Assembly: GCA_030390025.1 (NCBI GenBank)
Contig: CM059431.1
Coordinates: 104,782,001-104,846,000, forward strand
Source of the DNA: Squalus acanthias
Taxonomy: Eukaryota
Length of the DNA stretch: 64,000 nt
Direction: 5' to 3'
Shown here: in pieces, positions 11,997-24,789 of the stretch
Numbering within the stretch: the stretch's first letter is position 1
How the letters are laid out: the number at the start of each line of letters is the position of its first letter
Notes under the pieces: model-generated
Database searches by the model: none
Told to the model about the DNA's origin: nothing
The model's input: the letters and a program-made list of their open reading frames with translations, nothing else
Made by a program: the position numbers and the translations under genes

Positions 11997-13732
11997 ATGG
12001 CTGTGGTTGTTCCCACTCCCAGGGAGAGAGCCCGTCGGTTCACAGACGTGCCATTGGAGGCATTGGTGGCTGGAGTGGAGCGAAGGAGGGCAATGCTGTT
12101 TCCGGCCACTGGAAGGAGGCCATCGCCTCAGGTAGTCAGGGAAATGTGGAGGGAAGTGGCCCAGGAGGTCTCGGCCAGTAGTGTGGTGGAAGGCAGCCTG
12201 ACACAGTGCCGCAAGAAATTCAACAACCTCAGTCGGGTGGTCAAGGTGAGTACGTGCTTCAACAGCTTCCTACATACCAGTATCTGAACCTCAGTCTGTG
12301 CACGCTGCGCAAACAACCACACCAGCACCACTCACCCACCAAACATCTTCACCTACTCAAACTCACATCCACATCTCACGCCGTGCCTACAATCACAGCT
12401 ATTCAACTACAGCAGGCATATCTCCCAAACACATAGCTGGACTCCGACTCAAACACATTTGTTTCTCTTGCAGGCCAAGATGGCCCACAATAGGAGGGAG
12501 CAGCAGAGAACAGGCGGGGGTGATGCGCAGCTCCAGCAGCTCTCAGACCTTGAGGAGCGAGTGCTGTGACTCATTGGGAGCAGGTGGTGGACACCGTGGC
12601 CGTCGGTGACATCAACCCCGTTGGGGGCAAAAACGGTATCTTCAGCCCCTCTCCTTCTCTCATCCCACTTCCCCCTCACACCACAAATCTTTCTCACTTT
12701 CCACCTCCTGAGAATGTCTGCATTCCTTGCTCCATTCCTGCCCCCCTGCCCTCACCTTAACACGAGTGTTGTGCCTTTATGCTTTCAGATAATCAGCAAC
12801 CAGATGACCAGCCTATCCCTGAGCCCACCACTGAGAGTGAGGAAGAAGAAGTGAAGGAGGAGCAAAGCACCGCATCACTGCAGCTCTCACCCGCAGGCAG
12901 CACCTCTGCATGATCTTTAGAGGCAAGTTTAGTCGAGGGATCTGCACTGGGTGATGCACCGGGGACGAGTGGGCTGCAGTAAGGCCAGGGGGAAATGGTA
13001 GCTTGGGAGCCAGCTTCCTGGAGGGCGAGTTCACGCGTGAGTTCTGCTGCACAGGACTCAGATGAGGACCTCGATGGGGAGGCCTTTAGAAGAAGGGTGA
13101 TGGGCATGCACACGGAGATGATATGTACATTGGCAAGAGTGCCCGAGAGCCTCTCCACAATGGTAAGGAGCGTTGAGGAGTCCGCCTCCAACATTGCACA
13201 GATCTCTGCGCACACCGTGGAGCCCATCATTTCCACTGTGCAGAGGATAGTGGACTCCCAGAGAGACAGTGCGGATCCAGACCTCATGACGCGTGTTATG
13301 GGCGATGTGGCAGCTTCCATTGCAGCACAGGCAGAAGCGACGCAATGTCTTAGTACTGTAATGCAGACAATGGTTGCTGCCATCGAGTCTCAGACTGCTC
13401 TCATGCAGTCTCAGCTTAATGCCACAAAAGATCTAACTGCTGCCATCGTCGCTGGGTCCACCACAGTCTACCGGGGATCTCACGGTGTCACAGCAGGCCA
13501 GCAATCTGTGCTCCAGCAGATTGGTAGGGATGCTGAGGTGCAGCCCCGGGGGAGTGGGAGTGGGTCAGTGGAGCAGGAACCTACTGTCCTCTCTCAGGAT
13601 GACAGCATTCCTGATCCCACCACTGCCACTCTGCCACTGCAGTCTGTTATCCAGCTAGCCAAGACTGAGGTGGTAGCGCCGAGCCTTCCAGGCCCAGAGC
13701 TGGTTGACGACGTCCTGCAAGGCCATCTGTAG
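11997..13732 (+). pseudogene. Harbinger Myb/SANT-like DNA-binding protein, three exons (11997-12245, 12474-12635, 12789-13732)
   Basis: Exon 1 RARRFTDVPLEALV...MWREVAQEV...QCRKKFNNL then AAG|GTGAGT; acceptor TTTCTCTTGCAG|; exon 2 AKMAHNRREQQRTGGG with TGA at 12567 and a frameshift; acceptor TGCTTTCAG|; exon 3 in frame with ORF 12995-13732 but with TGA ~12911 and TAA ~12980. Confidence 0.85.
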
Positions 13733-14027
13733 TCTCTGACACCGACACTTAGCGCCTTCTACCAGCCCTGCTGCAGCCACTGGGGAAACACTACGTAGGA
13801 GCACTAGATTAGGAAAGGGGACTGTAAAGAGGGGAGGCAAGGGTTTGCACAAGGGTGATTAGTCAATATTGTTGTTGTATATATGTGGTTAATGGTTTTT
13901 GATAAATTTATTACTGGAATGTTGCAGATTTGGTGCTGTGTCTCGTTTCAGTTCTGGGGTGTGATATGGAATCACAAAGTGATGGAATGATGGCGATGTG
14001 TTCAGCAACTGGAAGGAGGACTCAAAG

Positions 14028-15191
14028 TCACTGGAAACGAAGTCTGATGAGGCGGTCATGGACTGACCTTGCAGAACGCCGATTGAGTGGCTGCCTCCTC
14101 CATCGCTGCTGTTCGTCCTCCTGTTTCTCCTGCTCCTCTTCCTCCTCCTCCTCCTCCTCCTCCTCCTCCTCCTCCTCCTCCTGATGTGGTGGAGTTATGC
14201 CTGGTGGCAATGGCTGCACCCCCATGATGGTCAAGTTGTGCAGCATGCAGCAGACGATGGCGAAAAGTGACACCCGCTCAGCCGAATACTGGAGGGCTCC
14301 TCCTGAGGCAGCGGAACCGTTGCTTCAGCACTCCGATGGTCTGCTCAATGATGTTCCTGATGGCAGCATGGCTCTCAATGTATGAGTGCTGGGCACGAGT
14401 GCTGGGTTTGCAGAGGGGAGTCATGAGCCAGATGGAGAGCGGATAGTCCTTGTCTCCCAGCAGCCAGTCACTAGCTTCATGTGATGGCTGGAACAGATCT
14501 GGCACACCGGTCTGGCGCAGGATGAAGGCATTGTGGCTGCTGCCAGGATAGCGGGCATTGACGGTCAGGATTTGCCATGTGTGGTCGCACACCAACTGCA
14601 CATTAAGTGAGTGGTAGCCTTTGCGGTTACGGAATACCTCAGGATTGTTATGAGGTGCCCGCAAAGCCACGTGGGTGCTGTCAATGGCACCCTGCACCAT
14701 GGGGAAGACTGCTATCCTGGCAAAGCTACATGCACGCTCGTGCTGCTTCCTTCTGGTCATTGGGAAGGAAATGTAGTCCCTTCTCCTTCTGTACAGAGCA
14801 TCTGTGGCCTGGCGGATGGAGCAACGGACAGAAACTGGGAGATGTTGGAGATGTCGCCTGTCGCACATTGGAATGATCCGCTGGCGTAGAAATTGAGGGC
14901 GATGGTGACCTTGACTGCCACTGAGAGAGCCGTGGTGGTCCTGATCTCAGGCTCGAAGTCTGGCTGCAGGAGGTGGCAGAGCTCTGTGACCACATCCTTG
15001 GTGAAGTGGAGCCTTCTAACACACTGGTCCTCAGTGAGGTTCATGTAGGAGAACTGCTGCCGGAATACTCTGGGTGGGTAAGACCTCCTGTTGAGAGCCC
15101 TGTTGGCCATATTTTGCACTCTTTCTCTGTGCCTCAGTTGCCTCCGACGTTGACGCTGGAGGGCGAGGTCCAGTGCCAGTACAGCCCCCAT
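14028..15191 (-). pseudogene. Harbinger DDE transposase (HARBI1-like), frameshifted
   Basis: ALNFYASGSFQ, GAIDSTHV (D), NRKGYHSLNVQLVCD, YPGSSH, LLGDKDYP (D), RNIIEQTIGVLKQRFRCL (E), CCMLHNL, poly-Glu C-terminus; split over three frames. Confidence 0.93.
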
Positions 15192-16831
15192 GAAAGGATC
15201 CAAATATTGCACTTTCAAATCCCCCCTCAATGAAACTGAAGAACGTTTATGTGCCAGAACACTCGTTAAAATGCAAAACACTCAAATCGGTCAAAAGGCC
15301 TCTTTGCTGATGTGAAACTTACAACGCAGCATTGTTGGCCGACGAAAACTTACCCGCATGTGGACACCTTTAAATAGCGCTCCTCCAGGGGACATCCGAC
15401 TGAAAGCCGCCTCCTACCTGTCATTGTTAACGGAAGGCGCACAAGCAGGGGGCGAGAGGGAATTTTTCATCTGGAGCGCTAGCGGGGCGTTGTGCACGGC
15501 AATGTCGTCACGATCTCAGGGCGCAGGAGATCGAGGCGCAATGTCTTACCGCCGCCGCAAAACTCCCGCCGAATTTAGTGGGCGGCGTTGATATCGCCAC
15601 GTCCGGTCGCAATCCCATTTGCACCCCGTTAGCGTCCCCCCCCCCCCCTCGCCGGAGGTGCTAACAGGAGGCGCAAAGGAGCCCAATTTCTAGCCCTTTA
15701 GAATATTGCTATTTACTAATGGTCTATTCTTCAAAATGCCATCAGTACAAAGGTCTAGCCGTAGCCTAGCTGCCAAAACAGCAATGTTTTATAATTGACT
15801 AACCAGTTCTATCTGAAGGAATATGCTGAAAAAATATTGATATTTTGCAGAATCAGAAAATCAATAAGAATGGTGTTGACTGAGAGCAAACATATTGATT
15901 TCTCTGCATAACCTGCACCTATCCTCTAAGCAGGATACATCAACTTATCATTTTAACTGAGGATTTTTTTTAAAGCTTTTTGATTTAGTTGTTCTTATAT
16001 TCCAAATAGCACCTTATTCCAAAGTTCGAATTGGCTGCGATCACATTGTGAAATTCACAATTATTTTGTGGCAATTTTCCATCAAATAATTTACCTGTAA
16101 AAATTATAACGCTGCCAATATGGTGAACAGTCAAATGTTAGTATATACAGAAAGTAAACTTGGAAATGGATACCCAGTGCACATGCGCACAAACACACTC
16201 TCTCACACAGAGTAATATTTAATTACGTGCCATTGTAAGCGATCTTTCATAAAATGAGGCACAGATTTACTCCAACCCATGTATCATTCAATTAGAGAGA
16301 CGTCTGCAGGCGTTAAATAAGATAGATGCCTTGTGTCTATGTATCTTTTGAGGTAAGCATCTATCCTGGGGCTATGGGAGGTAAACTAAAGATTTAGGTT
16401 CAACATTTCTCCCAGCAATGGGAAGTCGACAACTCGCGTCTCCGTTTTAAATGCACGACACAAAGAAGAATTCCCCAAGGGTGTGCTTTTTTTTGTTTTT
16501 AAGAGGCCCACAATTCCAATATTTGTGACGCTGAAGACAGGTCGCCATAATGTAGGCTTCATGGCTCACAGTCCTACCTGGTCTGTCAGAGAAAATGGAT
16601 GCGAACCTACAAGTCCCCAAGGTATCCAAAGAGAACAGATGCTACCAGCCACCAGAGATATATAAACAAAATCTACTATTTTGCTTGGAAATATTTTTAT
16701 TATCTATAAAAGGATCCAATATATCTGTTATTAAACCTATTAAATTAGCTTGGTTGGTATAACATCTTTAAATTATAACATTATGATCATATTTTAAAAT
16801 GTAACTTTCCTTCTCACATTTGACATCATCG

Positions 16832-17014
16832 GAGCTCGATTTGCATGTTCAAAGAGGACACCCTCGGCTGGAGCAGGTGTCCTTGCTGCCTGCAATTTAA
16901 AATTGCAGTCGGTCAGATCGAGGTGTTAAAGGAATGGGTAAGCCCCTCCTCGCTCCATCTTAACTGCTCCCCCTGCCTGGTTTCTGCCAGGCGGAGGAAG
17001 TTGAAATCGGGGCC
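16832..17014. mobile_element. Possible short Harbinger-type MITE
   Basis: Ends GAGCTCGATTT / AAATCGGGGCC; GC-rich island in AT-rich context; no clear TSD. Confidence 0.35.
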
Positions 17015-17369
17015 AAAAAAATCTGGCGTGGATTCTTAAGTCACTGAACTTAAGAGGTCATTTTCGTAAAGCATGTTGCAAGAGGACAAGGGCCGCAACA
17101 CAGCACAGCACACTCACCGCTGGCTCATACTGTAAAGAAATAACTTGCATTTTTACACAGCCTTTCACGACCTTGGGATGCTCCAAAGTGCTTTACAGCC
17201 AACTAGGTACCCTGGAAGTGTACTCAGTGTTGGAATGTGGGAAACGTGGCAGCTAATTTGCGCACAGCAAGCTCCCAAACAACCAGCAATGTGATCTACT
17301 GAACTCTCCCCTTCCTGTTGTTTAACTAGCTATATACATTTATTTTCCAATATATATTTGTTGTTACTA

Positions 17370-18071
17370 CCCCTTTGAAACTGACCGCAACTTCGGGATG
17401 TAGCCCATGCGCATCATAACGCGGAAATCCTGCAGTTGCGGTCAGTCATTCACAGCTCCGACACTGGCTGCGCTGTTGACCTTCCTCCCCCACACCCCCC
17501 CCCCCCCCCGCCCCCTAGCCGGCAATCAGGGAAATCAGGGAAATCAGGGAAACTGACGAAAACTTGGGCTTTTCTGCGGTAATATCGCTGTTAAATACCC
17601 CATTAAAAGTTAGACCCTTTTTTGGATTAGGAGTGACTGGGGTTTTAACAGCGTATTGACTTCTAAACAAATGCTCCAGCCCTGGAAAACCCATTTAAAT
17701 TTTCTGGAGTGTCAAATTTATCCATTTTAATAAAAAAATTACAGTTTTTAATAAATTTTAATTTTTATTAAAAAGTTTGTTCATCTTTATTTCAGATTTG
17801 TCTTTTCCCCATGTGAGAGCCCCAATCTTTGTTTTGCTCTCTGTCACATTTTTAAGAAGCTGAATAAAAGGAGCTTACTCACCTCCTGGTTCGCGGTCTG
17901 TGAGAATTCTGCATTTTGATTGGCTGCTTGTTGACGTCACAGCAGCTCGCGTTAGGGATTCCCCATTAACTTCCATTGATATCAACTGAACGTCGGAATA
18001 GCCGAACTTCTCGCCACAGAGATCGCGAGATCCTTGTGGGAAGCTTATTTCGGGGTCGCAAATTACGGGCC
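17370..18071 (+). mobile_element. Harbinger-type MITE family D, left end missing
   Basis: Collinear with 59361-60145; right TIR GCAAATTACGGGCC; internal hairpin 17380-17446. Confidence 0.85.
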
Positions 18072-18242
18072 AATATTTTTTTTTTGAATTAGCTTTTAAA
18101 TTTATGTACACTTCTGCTTCATCGTGGCAGCTGCATAAATTATTTTCTGCATAATCTGAGATATTCCCAAATAGAATCAGAAACGTATAGAGCTTTTCTT
18201 TGCTGGTAATATCTCCAGAATGAACCACAATATCCTAAGAAG

Positions 18243-20372
18243 GAAAGAACTTGCATTGATATAGCACCTTTGTAAGGGGTTTCGGCGTGCTTGTATCGCA
18301 GACGGTGCTGGTGCGAGGTTAGGCCTTCATTGCCTAATACTATTGCTTGCTCTGGTCTCCGGCCAGCCTTGTTGCAATAAGCACCTGTGAGTGGTTTGAC
18401 CCACTCGCCCTTACGGTTCTAACACTGGACTTAGGTGCGAGAGCAGTAATGCAGAGAAAAACTCAAATAGACCCGGTTGAATAGTACGAAATGGAAATCT
18501 TTATTGCATAGCGTCCAAAATCATGAAGTACATGTCATAGGCACAAATTAACGAGAGTACAAGTATACATACATTCATAAAGCTCGGTCTATGGTAATGA
18601 AGAACGCACGGCACATCGTAAAAAGGGGAACACATTATACTTTATCCTTAATAAAACCACCCTCCCTTCTCAATACCTACACTACATCTAGATTTGTAGG
18701 ATGAGGAAGCATGCTCACCACTCGTGATACTTCGGAGAATTTTAAAGTGAGGCACTCGGCTCGTTTCGCTGCAGCGCCTGACTGTCACGTGTTTGGAGGG
18801 GTCTCTGTACCCCACTTGTTTATCTTCGCTGCTGCGGCAAGCAGGCTGGGCTCCCAATTGTCATGAAGAACTCGACAGCACTCGGGCCCGGCTGTAGAAC
18901 TCAAAGAAAGGTCTTCCTGTACCGACACCAGTTGTCGGTAGAATTCAAAGAAGAGTCTTTGACTGGTTCGTGCAGTAACCTGTAGAGTTCAAGAAGTGGG
19001 TCTTATATTTTCGGGCGCAGTCGGGGTTTACTGACCGCGGCGGCATGTGGATTCTTCTTCTTTTCTTCTCGTCTCATCTTGTCTTGTTGGGCCTTCGGGT
19101 CCAGACACTGTTTACCGACTCTTGGGATGGTGCACCCGGTCACTTGCCCTTGTCAAGGCAGCTCGTTCCGTTTGAGCTCCACCCAAAATTCGAATAACCG
19201 TCCAGTGCGGCTAAAGTCCAGAGTCAACAGAGTCCAGAGAAAACACAGAAGGCTGCTCGTCCAGCAGAGCGATACCCGAGGATCAGAATAGGAGAATAAG
19301 TGTTCAGCCCGAGTCAAAGAGTCAGCAGAGATGAGAGAGTCAAGCGACCGATGGACATTTGTTCACTATAGTTATAGTGCTGTGTTCCCTTATCTCCCGC
19401 CCAAATCTTAATGTTTGTCCTTTGTGAAATATTGGCGCTCAAAACTCCCAGCATGGGGCGATTCTTGTCTTTAACGGGTTTCGGTAGCACCTGAAACTGG
19501 CCAACTACCCGTTAATGTTTTCCTCATTGTTGAACCGGCTAGGAGCCTCCCTGGCTGGGTTTTGGGGGCCCCTGAATACTTGTTTAATCACCCGTGAATG
19601 GCTCTCTCATTGTAGAGCCGTGGGGGTATTTGTGTATTGATGTGTCTGGATGGGCCTTCGATTGCCCAGTACAATGGTCCTTACTTGTGCATAGAAAACG
19701 ATTCCAGCACTTATATCTTTGCTATTGTTTCAAATGCAAACAGGTTGCATCCTGTCTTTATCAGTGTTTATCGAGTATGATCCCGTCTTATATTGAAATG
19801 TTTATTCGAACGCCATCTTGTCTGCCCACTGTAATTCTGGAAGCTTCTGCCACGATGCGCGGTGGCCATTTTACAGGCTTCTGTGTCCTTTTTAATCATG
19901 ACAGCATTTCGTTTAAATAAACTGATCAAACGAATCTGCTTCTCTTTCGTTATTTTGAATCGCGATAATTGCAAAACTTTACACCTTACATGGCCTCAGG
20001 ATGTCCCAAAGCACTTCACAGCCAATGAAGTGTAGTCACTGCTGTAATGTAGGAAACGCGGCAGCCAATTTGTGCACAGCAAGCTCCCACAAACAACAAG
20101 GTGATATTGGCCAGATAATCTGTTTTTTAGTGATGTTGGTTGAGGGATAAATATTGGCCCAGGGCAGTGGGGAGAACTCCTCTACTCTTCTTTGAAATAG
20201 TGGCCATGGGATCTTTTACATTCCCCTGAGAGGGAAGACGGGACCTCGGTTCAACGCCTCATCCAAAAGACAGCACCTCTGACAGTGCAGCACTCCCTCA
20301 GTGCTGCACTCAGGGTGTCAGCTTAGTTTATGAAAACCCACAACCTTCTGACCAACTAAGCCGTAGCTAACA
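18243..20372 (-). mobile_element. Deu-domain SINE (host of the solo LTR)
   Basis: Tail at 18243-18270, body at 19984-20372. Confidence 0.85.
18271..19983 (-). mobile_element. Solo LTR (1713 bp) inserted in a Deu SINE
   Basis: TGTAA...TTACA termini; 4-bp TSD CCTT (18267-70, 19984-87); SINE sequence resumes exactly after it; minus-strand CCAAT, GC box, TATAA and downstream AATAAA. Confidence 0.88.
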
Positions 20373-20571
20373 CTAATAGATATTGGACATAAAAGTTCCA
20401 GTAATTAACTGCAGATTATTTCTCAGTAAACCTACAGTAACAATGTTATGGCTGTTACTGTTCTTGTGTGAATGTCTGCATGACAAGGTGTATTTCGGCA
20501 ATGACATTTGCATTGATAACTGCTCCTGACATGAAAACTAACTTCAATAATTCATCAACTCCAATCATCAA

Positions 20572-21160
20572 ATCATAGAATGGTTACAGCACAGAAGGAG
20601 GCCATTCGGCCCATCGAGCCCGTGCCGGCTCTCTGCAAGAGCACTTCAGCTAGTCCCACTCTCCCGCCCTTTCCTTGTAGCCCTGCAAAGTTTTTTCCTT
20701 CAGGTACTTATCCGATTCCCTTCTGAAAGCCACGACTGAATCTGCCTCCACCACCCTTTCAGGCACTGCATTCCAGATCCTAACCACTCGCTGCGTAAAA
20801 AAGTTTTTCCTCGTGTCGCCTTTGGTTCTTTTGCCAATCACCTTAAATCTGTGTCCTCTGGTTCTCGACCCTTCCGCCAAGGGGAACAGTTTCCCTCTAT
20901 CTACTCTGTCTGACCCCTCATGATTTTGAACACCTCTATCAAATCTTCTCTCAACCTTCTCTGCTCTAGGGAGAACAACCCCAGCTTCTCCAGTCTATGC
21001 ATGTAACTGAAGCCCCTCATTCCTGGAATCATTCTGGCAAATCTTTTCTGCACCCTCTCTAAAGGCTTCACATTCTTCCTAAAGTGTGGTGCCCAGAATT
21101 GGACACAATACTCCAGTTGAGGCCGAACCAGTGTTTTACAAAGCTTCATGATTACTTCCT
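20572..21160 (-). mobile_element. CR1 LINE 3' end
   Basis: LVRPQLEYCVQFWAPH...LEQRRLREDLIEVFKIM; RGHRFKVIGKR; tail CCATTCTATGAT. Confidence 0.92.
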
Positions 21161-21359
21161 TACATTACAAACACAGTCACTCACATACATACACACACAT
21201 ACACACACAAAACTGAAAACAATGCATATTATCAAGGAGGCAGCATAGCAGGTTGGTAGCACATTGTGTGTTCACCTCTGAGCTCTTGGTTTGAATTCAG
21301 GTCAGACTGATAGATGAAAGACTCGTCTCTCTCTGTGGCCCAAAGGATATTCCTTGAAA

Positions 21360-23505
21360 GGAATTTCAGTGACTTCAGCTTTGGGTGCGGAGTGACAGAA
21401 TTAATGGAGTGCAGTGCGTAAAATGAAAAAACTTAGGGAGTGAAAGCATAAAAACGGGTGTGGGCCACCACGATGCGTGATCTGCCCACACCTGTTGAAA
21501 GGAGTTCAGGCAGCACTGCCTGCTACTTTACCTGATTGCAGCACACAGCCCAGCACTGAACACACAGCTGACAGGCTGTGCGCTCAGCAGGGGGCCAGAG
21601 TTTGCGATGTTCTCATGAGGCTAGCTTTACTTAAAGCTAGCCTGCACCTCTTAAAGGTGAGCTGCCTTCTGGTCATGAAAAATGTTAAAAGTGCTTTGGC
21701 ACAAAGCCAAATGACTCAACAGGCCAGGGAAAAGGTACCCAGGGTCTTGGATGCAGCACTCAAGCCCTTTGTGCAGGGAATAAACACTTGAAGAGTGGTC
21801 CTCTACCCACAGGGGGCCAGGAGACCCTCCAGAAATAAGGATGTGGGACCAGATCGCCGAGGCGGTCACTGCCGGCAGTGTTACTCCAGGACGTGACACC
21901 AATGCCCAAAGAAGCTTCATGACCTTAAGCGAGTGGTCAAGGTCATCTTCAAAAGCTGTCTCCTACCAACTGCACCACTAGCCTCACACACTGCTCAATG
22001 CATGCCTCCCCCCATCACTCACCTACCAACAATCTCAAATAATCGCGAGACACACCTCACATTCCTAACTTCACCTCACCCCTTGGAGGAGAGGGTGCTG
22101 GCCATTCTTGGCAGGGGCATGGCTGAGCCCGTGGCCAGCGGCGGGGCAGATAGAATTCAAGATGCCGGTATCCTCATACGTTATCCTGCTTCTCGCATCC
22201 CACATCCCCCTCATCCCACAATCTCTTCTGATTTGCAAGCTGCACATGGTGTAAACATGCACCTCTTGCTTTCCTCCCTCCCCTCACCACAACCCTACCC
22301 TTGTGCCTTCCTCATTTCAGATGCTCAAGAAATCCAGCCTGCCCGGCCAGTGGTTGAACAAGAAGAGGGAGAGGAGAGGGAAGAAGAAGAAGAAGAAATT
22401 CTCTCACTCAATTTCACACTCCCAGCCACCAGCTCCTTGAGGTCATCCTGCAAGGCCATCTGCAGTGTCCCCCACTGAAAGTCAGCAGCCTTCCACCAGC
22501 CATGCTGCAGCGACTGGGGTAGCACAGCGTAGGAGCACTAGGATAGGCAAAGGCACGTGCAAGACACTTACTAAGGGAATGCACAAGGGTGATTAGTTGA
22601 TTTTTTGATGTAATATTGGATGCATATATAGAAAAAGTTGGATTGGAAAGTTTGCTTTGCGGTGGCTTTTATTTCAGCATTGTGGCCAAGAGGATGCTGT
22701 GATGGTCAGTAATAGAGGGAAGGTAAGGTGTGGGACTAACATTGAAAGGGGAATTGGGGTCATGTTCATTGGTACCGCAGGCAAATGATTCGATCTCAGA
22801 TATCCCAACCAGAAAGGTGCTGTCTGGGTTGCCTCCTTCCTTCTGCTTCCTCCTCCTCCTCTTCCTCCTCCTCCTCTTCCGCTTCCTCCTCTTCCGCTTC
22901 CTCCTCTTCCTCCCTCTGTGAGCAGCTTGTCCCCTTTGCTGCTTCTGCTCCATCTCCCTGTCATGCTGCAGCCCAAGAGGGACTGCAACTAGAGCCCCCA
23001 GGACTGGGAGCAAGTGGTGGTCTCTTAGGCCTTCCTTTAAGAGCCAAAGCCTTGCAAATATCCATCAGCACTCCCTGCATGCTTTAACAACTTTTTAAAT
23101 GTCTTACACCAAGCCACTACTCAAATAAACTGTACAGGAACCAGTACAAAAGCAAAAATCTAAACTTACCTGAAAGTTGCATGTATCCCTTTAAGTAGCA
23201 CTGGTGGGGGGGGTGTCGTGCAGCTGAACACACGTTCAGCTGTGTGTGTTTTGGAGAGGGCGTACCGTCGAGCGGCGATGTCCAAAATAGTAGTGGGTGC
23301 GTTAAATCAGCGTTGCACGCTGATCGCCATCACGATCTGACTCGTTACCATTTTGCCAGTGAGCGCAGGCAACGGCCACGCTGTTGACCTGCCCAAAATG
23401 GCAGCCGCCGCCATCTACGCCGGAAGTGGACGGAAACAAGGCGGCCGCCATTTTTCCTCCGAAACCGGCCTCTTCAGCCGCCGCGCAGGTGCCGAATTTC
23501 ACAGC
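21360..23505. mobile_element. Harbinger internal-deletion derivative with Myb exons and transposase C-terminal remnant
   Basis: Plus: MTQQAREKVPRVLDAALKPFV...MWDQIAEAV...KKLHDLKRVVK, LEERVLAILG exon, GCCG|GTATC donor and CATTTCAG| acceptor at positions equivalent to the 11672 element; minus: acidic/low-complexity tail at ~22770-22990; right end GAATTTCACAGC; left end uncertain. Confidence 0.8.
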
Positions 23506-24271
23506 TTTCTTGTCCTGAGTTTGGGTTAGAGCAACTTCACTCTGGGTTGTCCTTTACCTGACCTGCAAGTTGCTTATTTCCAGTCAGGGTGAATTCTACT
23601 TCTCTGCCAGCGGTACTCTATTTTTTATTCAAACGTGCAGACAACTAATTACGGTTTCAAGCTGCACTTAGCGCTGACTCTTTCTCCAGCTTACAAAGTC
23701 AGGAACAATGACAGCAATCTATTCCAACTGATATAAAACACTTTCCAGGAGTGGTAAGCCATTATCATTCCTGTGGTAGCATATTAGAAAGCAGTTTTGT
23801 GGCTTTAGGCCCAGTATGACCATTCAATAATGGAACTAATTTTTGCAAACATATAATTCATTTGGATCCAAATAGTCAGGCAATCTGATCCAACACTGAA
23901 ATCTTTAATTAAAATGAAATTATTGAAATACATTCGAGCGCTGATTTTCTGCCTGTTATTATTCTACTTAGCACATTTATTGATTGTTCTGCTTTCTTAT
24001 TTTTAATGGCATTCTCATAATAATAAATCTTAATTTAACACCCTCAATAGGGCCACACTGACAGTGAATGCTGTAAAAACTGAATGCTTTCAGGGGGCAG
24101 GTTCTCTAACACAGGCAATCAGAAAATTGACCGTCAGTTGTTTCACGAAATTAGGCAGAATTTTTTAAACATTTAAAATAAAATAAAAGTTTGTTAAATG
24201 TATGACTTAAAAGAAACTGCAAATGCTGGAAATCTAAAATAAAAACAGAAAATGGTGTAAGCACACAGGAA

Positions 24272-24735
24272 CATCAACAACTTGCATTTATATAGCGCCT
24301 TTAATGGAGTAAAACGACCCAAGGTGTTTTACTACATTAACGGCGCTATGTAAATGCAAAATTAAATAGCAAAATAAAAGACAAAATTTGATACCAAGCT
24401 ACATAAGGAGATGTTCGGAGAGGTGACCAAAAGCTGGGTCAAAGAGGTAGGTTTCAAGGACCAACTTAAAGGAGGAGAGAGAGGCGGAGAGGTTTAGGGA
24501 GGGAATTCGAGAGTTAGGGCCGAGGCAGCTGAAGGTACGGCCGCCAATGGTGGAGCGATTGAAATCGGGGATGCTCAAGAGGCCAGTATTAGAGCAGGGC
24601 AGAGATCTCGGGGCGGTGGGGGGGTGGGGGGGGGGGGGGGTTGTGGAGCTGGAGGAGGTTACAGAGATAGGCAGGGGCGCGGCCATGGAGGGAATTGAAC
24701 ACAGGGATGAGAATTTTAAAATCGAGATTAAGTCG
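24272..24735 (-). mobile_element. L2 LINE 3' end
   Basis: Reverse complement of the 4666-5170 type sequence. Confidence 0.85.
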
Positions 24736-24789
24736 CATATTTCAAAAGGGAATTGGATGGCTACTTGAAAAGGGAAAAAGGGACAAAAG

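Larger units (their letters stand above)
11672..15696. mobile_element. PIF/Harbinger DNA transposon, near full length, decayed
   Basis: Imperfect 15-bp TIRs GGGGGTGAAATTGGG / CCCAATTTCTAGCCC; convergent Myb/SANT and DDE transposase genes; GC-rich subtermini with repeated GCGCTAA/TAGCGC; TSD not resolved. Confidence 0.93.

Noticed and set aside
14028..15191. Host HARBI1 gene
   Set aside because: Frameshifted, flanked by TIRs and paired with a Myb gene, so it is a transposon copy and not the domesticated gene.
22669..23087. Arg/Lys-rich, Gly-rich and Ser-rich ORFs
   Set aside because: Alternative frames of a (CCT/CTT)n tract equivalent to the transposase poly-Glu tail.
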